Shown: positions 48,772-57,342 of the stretch, in pieces | How the letters are laid out: each line of letters begins with the position of its first letter | How positions within the stretch are numbered: the first letter of the stretch is position 1 | From: Acidobacteriota bacterium | GTDB lineage: Bacteria > Acidobacteriota > UBA6911 > RPQK01 > JADFOI01 | DNA: 64,000 nt | Direction: 5' to 3' | NCBI GenBank assembly: GCA_963663035.1 | Contig: OY760074.1 | Location: 3,328,001 to 3,392,000, forward strand | Notes under the pieces: generated by a model | Database searches by the model: none | What the model saw: the letters and a program-made list of their open reading frames with translations, nothing else | What the model was told of the DNA's origin: nothing | Translations under genes and position numbers: made by a program

Positions 48772-50499
48772 ATGAACAATAAAGGTTTGCATTCTTTTCA
48801 ATGTTTCCTTTTACTCACGGTACTCTTTTTCACGCTGGGGTCAGTTGAAGCTCAGAGCCCGGGCAGCCTGCCCGCTGAAGTCCTCGCCTATGCTGACATG
48901 GTGTTTTATAACGGCAAGGTCATTACCGCCGATCAAGGGTTCACCATCGCCGAGGCGGTAGCCACTCGAGACGGGAAGTTCTTGGCCCTAGGGAACAGCC
49001 AGAGTATTCTGGCCATGGCGGGACCCTCTACGCGGCGCATTGACCTGCTGGGCCGGAGTGTCATCCCGGGGATGATTGCCACCCACCAGCACAGCTATAT
49101 AGGCAACAGCTCGAAGGCGGGTGTGAGGCTCCAGTCGACCGATGTGGCCGGTATTATGGAGGAGATCAATGCTGTCTTGGCCGAGCTCTCTCCCGGTGAG
49201 TATGCCTTCTTTAGCGGACCGAGCATCGCAGCCCTGATGTGCCATAACGAGCAGCCAGATGTACCCTGTGTAAGTCTAGCGCAGCTGGATGCGGCCGCTC
49301 CCAACAACCCACTGGCAATTGTCTTGCAGAACAATCAAGTCATCGTCAACAGCCTGCTTCTGGAGGAGCTGCCCCCGGATGTCTCTGGACTTCTGAGAGA
49401 CGAAGAGGGTCGGCCGACCGGTCAACTGAGGGGAGGGGCAGGTGGAATCGTTGTCTATGAGCTCATGCCCTGGCACGATGACGTTTTTGGGAGATCAGTC
49501 GCCGAAGAGAGGCAAAACCTCAAGCGTTGGCCTCCGCTCGGGATCACGACACTCATGGGACGGGGGCAGGGTCAGGCGATTACCATCCTGCTGGAACTGT
49601 GGAAGGCCGGGGAACTACAGACGCGTATCAGAATCGTCCATGAGTTTCTGCGTCAGAACCCAAGACCCGAAATATTCCTGAAACGCGTCGGCAACCTGAC
49701 TGGCCTCGGAGACGATTGGTTCAAAATTATCGGCGCGACCACACAGGCTGCAGATGGCACGCCATTCACCAACAAGTTCGCCAGAATCAACCTGGCCGAG
49801 AATGATTCCTACGGTCGCTTTGGGAACGACAAGTGGGGGGAAACTGGAGACCTTGCCACCAGCGAGCATCTCAATATTATCCTGGGTGCCCGCTATGGGT
49901 GGAGTCTCAAGGGCTACCACACTGCTGGTGATATGGCGAATACGAGGATGTTGGATGCGTTTGCCGAAGCCCACCAGGAAAGATCGCTCGTGGGCCGAAA
50001 CTTTGGACTGGACCACAACGAAATGGTGCGGCCCGAACACTTGGCCGCCTTGAAAGAAATGGATATCGTTACGGCCGTGAGAGGTTCATCGTTTCGTGGG
50101 AGCAACGATGGACTTTTGCACGAATTCGGCGCCGATGCCGTCAATGAGATGGGTCTAATCAAGTCACTGATTGAGGCCGGCCTCAAGCCTAGCATTGAGA
50201 TCGGAGGCGGTCTCCAATCGATTGCTGACTTCATCCTCCGACAAACGGACGATGGGCGTGTCTGGAATCCCGACGAGCGGGTCTCGCGCGAAGAGGCGCT
50301 CTGGATGTACACGCTCTGGTCGGCCCACTATAGCGGCGAGGAGGATTCCCTGGGCTCAATTGAGCCGGGGAAACTGGGCGACCTCGTGGTGTTGGGAGGC
50401 GATTACATGACCTGGCCCGAGGAAGAGCTGGGCAGTCTGCGAGTGCTCATGACCGTCGTCGGAGGCGAGGTGGTCTATGAGGCCTCCGGAGCTTTCTAA
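48772..50499 (+). CDS. Secreted amidohydrolase family 3 (YtcJ-like), paralog 3
   Basis: SD GGAGG, ATG 48772; signal peptide almost identical to paralog 2; PGMIATHQH, HTAGD, DH, GSIEPGKLGDLVVL. Confidence 0.87.
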   Translation: MNNKGLHSFQCFLLLTVLFFTLGSVEAQSPGSLPAEVLAYADMVFYNGKVITADQGFTIAEAVATRDGKFLALGNSQSILAMAGPSTRRIDLLGRSVIPGMIATHQHSYIGNSSKAGVRLQSTDVAGIMEEINAVLAELSPGEYAFFSGPSIAALMCHNEQPDVPCVSLAQLDAAAPNNPLAIVLQNNQVIVNSLLLEELPPDVSGLLRDEEGRPTGQLRGGAGGIVVYELMPWHDDVFGRSVAEERQNLKRWPPLGITTLMGRGQGQAITILLELWKAGELQTRIRIVHEFLRQNPRPEIFLKRVGNLTGLGDDWFKIIGATTQAADGTPFTNKFARINLAENDSYGRFGNDKWGETGDLATSEHLNIILGARYGWSLKGYHTAGDMANTRMLDAFAEAHQERSLVGRNFGLDHNEMVRPEHLAALKEMDIVTAVRGSSFRGSNDGLLHEFGADAVNEMGLIKSLIEAGLKPSIEIGGGLQSIADFILRQTDDGRVWNPDERVSREEALWMYTLWSAHYSGEEDSLGSIEPGKLGDLVVLGGDYMTWPEEELGSLRVLMTVVGGEVVYEASGAF

Positions 50500-50652
50500 C
50501 CCCGGGGGCATTGACTCCCCGACAAGGGCCAGAGCCCTTTGATCTGCCCACACCCTTCAAGAGCAATGAAGATGCTGTTCGATTGCGGTTCGTTCTCCAT
50601 CAGAGCCGCAGGCTTTAGCCTACGGGCCATTTCCCTCCCCATTCCCCTTTGA

Positions 50653-52080
50653 ATGATTGTGTCAGAGACTTCCCAAGACACTCCGGAAGAGTCCCTGACA
50701 GCCTACCTGGCCTCCTTTGTCTCCAGGACTCGAGCCTCGGATATTCCCGAAGAGGTTTGGCATCTGGGCAAGCGTTCTATTCTGGACGGTCTTGGCCTGG
50801 CCCTCTCAGGAGCGGTATCTCCAACAAGCCACCTGATTCGAGAGCATTTGAGGTCGCTTTCCTGCAGCAGTGACAGTGGAGCAAGCGTCCTGGGAAGTGA
50901 TCTGTGCCTCCCGCCTCGCTTCGCAGCCTTCGCCAACGGAGCATCGATCCACGCGGATGACTACGACGATACTCAGCTGGCCGTCGCCAAGGATCGCGTT
51001 TACGGACTGCTGACCCATCCCACAGCGCCTGTCCTGCCCGCAGTTCTGGCCATGGGTGAGCGTGAGCATCACTCCGGCAGCGATCTCCTCACCGCTTATC
51101 AGGTGGGTGTGGAGGTCGAGACAAAGATCGCTGAAGCCATCAATCCCAGGCACTATGAACAGGGCTTTCACAGCACCGCTACCTGCGGAACGCTGGGTGC
51201 TGCTGCGGGTGTTGCCAACTTGCTGGGCTTTGATGTGGAGACAACTCGCCGCGCCCTGGGCATTGCCGCCAGTCAGTCGGCAGGCCTGAAAGAAAACTTT
51301 GGAACCATGGTGAAGCCATTTCACGCAGGACGCGCTTCGGAAAGTGGCGTTGTGGCGGCCCAACTGGCTGCCCTTGATTTCACAGCCAGCCTGAGGATCC
51401 TGGAGGCCCCTGGCGGCTTTTTTCAGGCCGCAGGTGGGGGCTATCAGGTCGGGATGATCGATGGAAAGCTCGGTCATCCCTGGACATTCACCTCTCCCGG
51501 TGTCTCCATTAAGCCTCACCCCAGTGGATCACTGACCCACCCGGCTATGGGTTTGATGCTGGATTTGATCTACCGCCATGACATCCGGCCAGAGCAGGTC
51601 AAGCGGATCTCTGTGGGAACCAATCGAAATATGCCCGCGGCCCTGATTCACCACCGCCCCATGAACCAGTTGCAGGCCAAGTTCAGCATGGAGTTTTGTG
51701 TGGCCATTCTGCTTTTAGAGGGGAAAGCCGGTTTGCCCGAGTTCACTGACGAAGTGGTGACTCGAGCCGACGTTCAAGCCCTGATCCAGAAAGTTGATTT
51801 TGGAGTGCATCCTGAAGCGGAAGCCGCTGGATATGAGAAGATGACGACGCTTGTCCAGATCGAGTTGGAAAACGGCCAAGTGGTCTCGGGCCGGTCCGAT
51901 TTCGCCAGGGGCAGTCCCGTCAATCCCGTGAGTGACAAGGAACTTTCCGAGAAGTTTTGCGAGTGTGCAAGCTGGGGTGGGCTGCCCGAAGTCCGGCTGA
52001 AAAAGGCCCTGGAGGTGATCTGGAGGCTTGATGACTTGGAGGATGTCGGTGAACTCACCGATGCTCTGAGCCTTCAGTAA
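50653..52080 (+). CDS. MmgE/PrpD-family protein
   Basis: AAFANGASIHADDYDD, HPT, GFHST, KPFHAG, IKPHPS, QAKFS, RGSP.NP. Confidence 0.92.
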   Translation: MIVSETSQDTPEESLTAYLASFVSRTRASDIPEEVWHLGKRSILDGLGLALSGAVSPTSHLIREHLRSLSCSSDSGASVLGSDLCLPPRFAAFANGASIHADDYDDTQLAVAKDRVYGLLTHPTAPVLPAVLAMGEREHHSGSDLLTAYQVGVEVETKIAEAINPRHYEQGFHSTATCGTLGAAAGVANLLGFDVETTRRALGIAASQSAGLKENFGTMVKPFHAGRASESGVVAAQLAALDFTASLRILEAPGGFFQAAGGGYQVGMIDGKLGHPWTFTSPGVSIKPHPSGSLTHPAMGLMLDLIYRHDIRPEQVKRISVGTNRNMPAALIHHRPMNQLQAKFSMEFCVAILLLEGKAGLPEFTDEVVTRADVQALIQKVDFGVHPEAEAAGYEKMTTLVQIELENGQVVSGRSDFARGSPVNPVSDKELSEKFCECASWGGLPEVRLKKALEVIWRLDDLEDVGELTDALSLQ

Positions 52081-52089
52081 CTCTTTCAG

Positions 52090-52345
52090 CCAGGGTTGTG
52101 CATAGGTTCTCGTCACGAAGCGGCGAAAACGCCGGAAAACAGAGCCGTGGGCTTTAGCCCACGGGCCCGCAGGCTAAAGCCTGCGGCTCCGACTGGCGCG
52201 CGAGGGGTACCCGCCACGGGTCGGGCACCGCAAACGTACTCTTGAGTACGTTGAGGAGGCGAGGGGTACCCGCGTGCGGGTCGCGGAACGATGGCAGGGC
52301 GGATGGGTTTCGTCGCTGCAGTAGAGAATTTATGCATAATCCTGG
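52090..52345. mobile_element. Putative MITE (256 bp) with IS1380-like ends
   Basis: Ends CCAGGGTTGTGCATA and TATGCATAATCCTGG form imperfect inverted repeats similar to the IS1380 ends; the interior holds hairpins and no credible gene. Confidence 0.65.
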
Positions 52346-52350
52346 CTAAG

Positions 52351-53295
52351 ATGTCCGATCCAATTCTGGGAGCCCTGTTTGCCGCGCTAGCTACGATATC
52401 CTGGGCAGCCGGTGCCGTGCTGGCCCGCGTCGGCATGCAGCATGTTCGCTCGAGTACGGGCACTTTTATCTCTCTAACGGCAGGCTTTGTCACTATTTCG
52501 GCTGTTGCAGTGGGAATCGACTGGCGGGCCCTGTTGGCTGTCTCCCAGTCGACCATTCTCTGGTTCGTCCTTCTGGGCGTGATCCAATTTCCGGGGGGAC
52601 GCTTCCTGAACTACTCTGGAATTCGCTTGGCGGGTGTTACGCGTGCAACGGCGATCTCTGGTACCAGTCCCCTTTTTGCAGCCTTACTGGCTATCGCTTT
52701 CCTCCAGGAACAGGTCACGCCCTGGATCCTCCTGGCAACCCTGGCGGTTGCCGCGGGGTTGGCCCTGGTGATGAGTGACCAACGGGCCTTTGGAGATTCT
52801 GTAGGCAACACCCATCCGGCCCAGACACAGAACAGTCGGCGCAAGCGACCTCGAGGGCCAGTCCTTTTGGGACTCCTGTGTGCCACAGGCGGCGCAGCTG
52901 CCTATGGAACGGGTCATACCATTGCCCGGCACGTCGTCACCAGCGCCGCCTCGGCTCCGGTAACCGCGACTTACACCCTCTTTTTCGGAATGCTGATGCT
53001 CTTTGCCATCTCAGCCCGCCACCTGAGGAGGGACTTGAAGGCACCCCGGTCGGCTCTGATCATGATGGCGCTGGCCGGGGCCTGCTCCTCCCTGGGCATC
53101 TTCTTCATGTACACAGCTCTCTCCAGGGCCCCGGTGACATTGGCTTCTCCCATTGTGACAGCCTACCCCCTCGTTGCCATGACCTTAACCCACATTTTTC
53201 TCCAGCGTTTGGAGCGGGTCACGGCTCCCATGGTCTTGGGAGCCATCCTGGTCGCTTTCGGCATTACCTTTGTCATCCTGGGGCGAGCGGGATAA
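52351..53295 (+). CDS. EamA/DMT-family transporter
   Basis: Two EamA repeats, about 10 TM helices, SPLFAALLAIAFLQE. Start at ATG 52351, after the MITE. Confidence 0.9.
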   Translation: MSDPILGALFAALATISWAAGAVLARVGMQHVRSSTGTFISLTAGFVTISAVAVGIDWRALLAVSQSTILWFVLLGVIQFPGGRFLNYSGIRLAGVTRATAISGTSPLFAALLAIAFLQEQVTPWILLATLAVAAGLALVMSDQRAFGDSVGNTHPAQTQNSRRKRPRGPVLLGLLCATGGAAAYGTGHTIARHVVTSAASAPVTATYTLFFGMLMLFAISARHLRRDLKAPRSALIMMALAGACSSLGIFFMYTALSRAPVTLASPIVTAYPLVAMTLTHIFLQRLERVTAPMVLGAILVAFGITFVILGRAG

Positions 53296-53307
53296 GATAC
53301 CCCCACT

Positions 53308-54966
53308 ATGAAACCAGACAAACCGTACTATCAGGATTTAAGAGAGTTTATTCGAGTGCTTGAGGAAAATGGCAAACTCTTGCGTATCAAGCGGGAGATT
53401 AACAAGGATAGCGAGCTTCATCCCCTGGTTCGCTGGCAGTTCAGAGGATTAGAGGAGGAGGATCGAAAGGCCTTTCTGTTTGAGAAGGTGACCGATTCGA
53501 AAAAGAGAGCCTACCGGGGTTCTGTTCTGGTGGGCGGGCTGGCGGGCTCGGCTGCCATCTACTGCCTGGGGGTTGGATGCCAGGAGGGGGAGATTGCCGA
53601 CCGATGGCTCCATGCCATGGACCATCCAATTGAGCCTGAGCTGGTCAGCCAGGGTGCCGTCATGGAAGAGATTCACACCGGTAAAGACCTCCTTTCCCAC
53701 GGTGGTTTTGCAGAGTTTCCCATCCCCATCTCGACTCCCGGTTACGATAATGGCCCTTACATTACCGGAGGTCACTGGATCACCAAGGATCCCGAAACCG
53801 GGGCGAGAAACGTGGGCAATTATCGCGCCTTGATCAGAGGGCCGGGACTCAGTGGCCTGATGATCGGGACGCCCCAGGATCTCTCCAGCCACTGGGAAAA
53901 GTGCAGGAAACAGGGGAGGCCGCTGGAAGTGGCCGTGGCCGTGGGAGCAGTGCCTGCTGTCTCCTATGCAGCCACCCAAAAGGTCCCTCCCTCCATGGAC
54001 GAAATGAGTCTGGCAGGAGGCTTGATAGGAGAGCCCATCCCACTGGTCAAGTGCCAGACAGTGGATCTGGAGGTTCCGGCCAGTTCTGAGATTGTTTTTG
54101 AAGGAATCATTCCCACTTCCTACCTGGAAGAAGAGGGTCCTTTCGGCGAGTCAATGGGGGTGGTGGATCCACGGACGCTGAGCCCGGTCTTTGAGCTCAC
54201 CGGCATCACACACAGAAAAGATCCCGTTTGGGTATCGATCATCAGCCAGGTGACACCCAGCGAAAGTTCCAAGATCAAGGCCATGGGGATGTCCACTCTC
54301 ATCTACCGCTACCTTCAAAAGAAGGGCTTTTCCAGTGTGCTGGAGGTGTCCCTGATGGAGCCTCTGGTGAACCTGCGCCCCTATGTCGTCCTGCGTATGA
54401 AAAAGAAGGACTACCAGGAGCCGTGGAAGGTCATGGATGCCCTGTTGGACTACGGAGATCGTGTGGGCAAACTGGTAGTGACGGTGGATGAGGACATTAA
54501 TCCAGCCGATCCTGTGGCCGTGCTTTGGGCCATCACCCACCGCTCCCAGCCTCACAAAGACACCAAGATCGTGGGCAATCGGCCTTTCGGCGCTACCCCT
54601 ATCGGTATGGTCCTAAGCCATCCATCCAGCCATTACGACAACGAGGAGTCCTCTCTGCTCATCGACGCAACACGCAAGGCCGACTTTCCTCCGCTCTCCC
54701 TTCCCAAAAAGGAATTTATGGAACGGGCACGGGTGATTTGGGAGGAATTAGGTCTGCCTGAGCTGAAGCCGAAGGAGCCCTGGCACGGTTATTCCCTGGG
54801 TTTTTGGCCTGAAGACTTGGCGGAAGAAGCGCGACTTGCGGTGGCAGGCGAGTACACGCAGCTGGAGGAAAAGTTAAAAGGCACCCGCGTCCAGGTCGGT
54901 GAGGATGAGACGCTGGGTTCGGTGAGAGCCAAGTGGGGAGCCACCCATGCCGGGAGAGCTGAATAA
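53308..54966 (+). CDS. UbiD-family (prFMN-dependent) decarboxylase
   Basis: DLREFIRVLEENGKL, RNVGNYR, VPASSEIVFEG, EEGPFGE, VTVDEDINP...WAI. Confidence 0.93.
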   Translation: MKPDKPYYQDLREFIRVLEENGKLLRIKREINKDSELHPLVRWQFRGLEEEDRKAFLFEKVTDSKKRAYRGSVLVGGLAGSAAIYCLGVGCQEGEIADRWLHAMDHPIEPELVSQGAVMEEIHTGKDLLSHGGFAEFPIPISTPGYDNGPYITGGHWITKDPETGARNVGNYRALIRGPGLSGLMIGTPQDLSSHWEKCRKQGRPLEVAVAVGAVPAVSYAATQKVPPSMDEMSLAGGLIGEPIPLVKCQTVDLEVPASSEIVFEGIIPTSYLEEEGPFGESMGVVDPRTLSPVFELTGITHRKDPVWVSIISQVTPSESSKIKAMGMSTLIYRYLQKKGFSSVLEVSLMEPLVNLRPYVVLRMKKKDYQEPWKVMDALLDYGDRVGKLVVTVDEDINPADPVAVLWAITHRSQPHKDTKIVGNRPFGATPIGMVLSHPSSHYDNEESSLLIDATRKADFPPLSLPKKEFMERARVIWEELGLPELKPKEPWHGYSLGFWPEDLAEEARLAVAGEYTQLEEKLKGTRVQVGEDETLGSVRAKWGATHAGRAE

Positions 54967-54982
54967 GAAGGGTGCAGCGGCC

Positions 54983-55276
54983 CTATCTTTCAGACCGCAA
55001 GACCACCAGCACATCGAACTGTTCAACATCAGGCTGGCCTGCGACCTGGAAGACATCTGGGATACTGCGAGCCAGTTCTGATTGCCGGAATTCCTGAAGC
55101 GCTTCTTCTGATTTCCAGATGTAGATGCCTCCGAATCCACCATTCTTCTTGTCGCGGACGTAGTACTTCTGGAGCAGACCCGGCAGCTCACGATACTGCG
55201 GTGCGCGGGCCTCCATCAATTTGAGTACATCGTCTTCGGACAGGCCACTGCGAAATCTGACAAATTGCATGATCAT
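54983..55276 (-). CDS. YdhR-family putative monooxygenase (dimeric alpha/beta barrel)
   Basis: LPGLLQKYY, GGIYIWKSEEAL. Confidence 0.78.
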   Translation of the reverse strand: MIMQFVRFRSGLSEDDVLKLMEARAPQYRELPGLLQKYYVRDKKNGGFGGIYIWKSEEALQEFRQSELARSIPDVFQVAGQPDVEQFDVLVVLRSER

Positions 55277-55279
55277 TTT

Positions 55280-56491
55280 CTAATCCTCATCCAGTTTGAA
55301 TAACCGGCGGGCGTTCTCGCCCAGGATGTTTCGCCTGGCCTGCTCGCTGAGAAAGGGCAGGTCGAAGATCACGCTGGGCAAATCGAAGTCCCAGTGAGGC
55401 CAGTCTGACGAATAGAGAAGCTGAGTCTCGGCGTTGATCATCTCAAAGGTCAATTCCAGTGCCTTGGGATGATCGGTCTCCATAGGTTGGGAGGTATAGA
55501 ACATCTCGCGCATGTACTCGCTGGGCGGCTTTTTGAGTAAGGGCGCTTCAGACGTCCGCATCATGTACTCATGGTCCAGCCGCTGCATCAGGAAAGGCAG
55601 CCAGGCAAGGCCGCTCTCCATCCAGATGGTCTTGAGCCCGGGGAAACGCTCGGGCAGTCCGTTTAACACCCAGTTGGTCATGTGCACCAGATTGCAGATG
55701 ACAAAGGAGAGGGCGTGCATTCCAATGAACCGGTTAAGTTGCAGCATGGAGGGATCCTGCCAGTAATACCCGGCATGGAAGCACAGCGGCATCTCCCGCT
55801 CCTCTAATGCGGCGTAAACCTTCATGTAGTGGTTGTGATGTACGGGCTTGTAGCGGGTACTGGTGATCATGAATCCGATCGAACCTTTGACCTCGGAAAA
55901 TTCCTCAACCGTGCGCAAAGATGCCTCCGGATCATTAAAGGGCAGGAACATAAAGCTTTTGATCCGTTTGTCACCGGGCAGGATTCTCTCAGCCAGCCAG
56001 CGGTTGTAGGCCCGGCCCAGAAGAACTTCCATCTCAGGTTGTGGGTGCACGCCCAGAAACAACATCCCGGTTGGGAAGACCACCATGTAGTCGAGGCCGA
56101 GGCTTTCTATGGCGCGCCGGGTCAGGATCACATCAGGATGGACGTCTTTTTCCTCCACCTTTTCCAGCCGGTTGTCGGTGTGGGGGATGCGACCGCCCAC
56201 GCCTTGATAGCGAAGGCCAAAGTCACCGCTCAGGCCATAGGGTGGTGCGCCGGTCCTGAACTGTTGGTACTCCAGCGCCTGGGAGCGGATGACCGGATCC
56301 TCGATATACTGGATGATCTCATGCCACGAGGTGGTCTCCATGTGATGGGCATCGATGTCAACGATGAAGTAGTCTTCGAAGTTGCGTTCATCCGCTTGCT
56401 GCCTTGCGTGTGCCAGGATGTCACGCGTGTCCGTATGAACATCTATTTGCCGGATCGGAATCTCCCGGCTCTTCTCACTCGATGTGCCCAA
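55280..56491 (-). CDS. Amidohydrolase-2-family TIM-barrel metalloprotein (candidate dinuclear oxygenase)
   Basis: VDIDAHH, RAYNRWL, CFHAG, ERFPGLKTIWMESGLAW, YSSDWPHWDFD, ILGENARRLF. Start uncertain: TTG 56491 with SD, or GTG 56560. Confidence 0.85.
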   Translation of the reverse strand: MGTSSEKSREIPIRQIDVHTDTRDILAHARQQADERNFEDYFIVDIDAHHMETTSWHEIIQYIEDPVIRSQALEYQQFRTGAPPYGLSGDFGLRYQGVGGRIPHTDNRLEKVEEKDVHPDVILTRRAIESLGLDYMVVFPTGMLFLGVHPQPEMEVLLGRAYNRWLAERILPGDKRIKSFMFLPFNDPEASLRTVEEFSEVKGSIGFMITSTRYKPVHHNHYMKVYAALEEREMPLCFHAGYYWQDPSMLQLNRFIGMHALSFVICNLVHMTNWVLNGLPERFPGLKTIWMESGLAWLPFLMQRLDHEYMMRTSEAPLLKKPPSEYMREMFYTSQPMETDHPKALELTFEMINAETQLLYSSDWPHWDFDLPSVIFDLPFLSEQARRNILGENARRLFKLDED

Positions 56492-56532
56492 TCTTTCCTC
56501 TCTCCTGAACTCGCTCAAACCAGTCGAGAGCC

Positions 56533-56862
56533 TCACTCCGGTCGGGTTCGCTGGAACCACATGGCAAGGTCGAAGGTATTGAGGTTGACGGCCTTAAGGA
56601 TCTCTGACACGCTGACGACCACCTCTGTTGGAGTCACGACCTCGCCCAGGATGGGCGAGAAAAATCGGTCGTCCCTCTCCACCTTGGCCGCAAACAACTT
56701 CATCGCCGCGGTCATCAACTGCTGCACCGTTTCGTCGGAAAAGCGTTCCGGCTTGCTCTCCGCCAGGGCCTGCTGCGCCTCAGCCCAGATGGAGCCTGCG
56801 GCCTCCGCCGGATTGAAATCGAGGTTAGGTGACTGATCTGCTTTAGCCTTAAAGGACGACAT
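56533..56862 (-). CDS. Small hypothetical protein between the Rieske and amidohydrolase genes
   Basis: ATG 56862 overlaps the Rieske 3' end; helical, C-terminal TPTEVV...NLNTFDLAMW. Confidence 0.7.
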   Translation of the reverse strand: MSSFKAKADQSPNLDFNPAEAAGSIWAEAQQALAESKPERFSDETVQQLMTAAMKLFAAKVERDDRFFSPILGEVVTPTEVVVSVSEILKAVNLNTFDLAMWFQRTRPE

Positions 56863-57211
56863 AGACACCCCCATCGCGCACCTTGACGTCATATTTTTTC
56901 AAGCCCACTCCCTTGTTGCCTGGATGCAAACCGCTCTTGAGATCGTACTCATAGCCGTGCCACGGACAGATGATGTGGATATGCTCCTGCGAGAACTTTA
57001 GCCCCTGGCTCGTCTTGTCCTGTGCTATAACCTCTTCGACCTTCTTCAGGATCTTGCCCTGGCAGACCGGACCGCCCTGATGGACGCACTGGTTCCGATA
57101 AGCGTAGAAATCACCATTGAGGCGGAACACGCCGATCTCCAGATCTTGGTAGGCAATGATCTTGCGGTCCCTCTGCTTGAAGGCTGTTTCCTTCGCCACA
57201 AACAAGTCCAT
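56849..57211 (-). CDS. Rieske [2Fe-2S] ferredoxin
   Basis: CVHQGGP...CPWHG. Confidence 0.95.
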   Translation of the reverse strand: MDLFVAKETAFKQRDRKIIAYQDLEIGVFRLNGDFYAYRNQCVHQGGPVCQGKILKKVEEVIAQDKTSQGLKFSQEHIHIICPWHGYEYDLKSGLHPGNKGVGLKKYDVKVRDGGVYVVL

Positions 57212-57264
57212 CTGTGCTTTTCCTCAAATGGAAGGTCTCAGACAACATGAGCCGAATGGCCTGA

Positions 57265-57294
57265 ATAGTAGTGTCGCCTTGAGTCCCCTGTCAA
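57265..57294 (-). promoter_or_regulatory. Sigma70-type promoter of the Rieske operon
   Basis: TTGACA-18 bp-TACTAT on the minus strand. Confidence 0.6.
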
Positions 57295-57342
57295 ATTGTC
57301 GCTGTGGGATGGAATTATCTGATATATAATACGCTCCCGAAA

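Noticed and set aside
52113-52556. 147-aa minus-strand ORF, and the 52291 start for EamA
   Set aside because: Both run through the GC-rich MITE-like repeat and show no protein motifs there.
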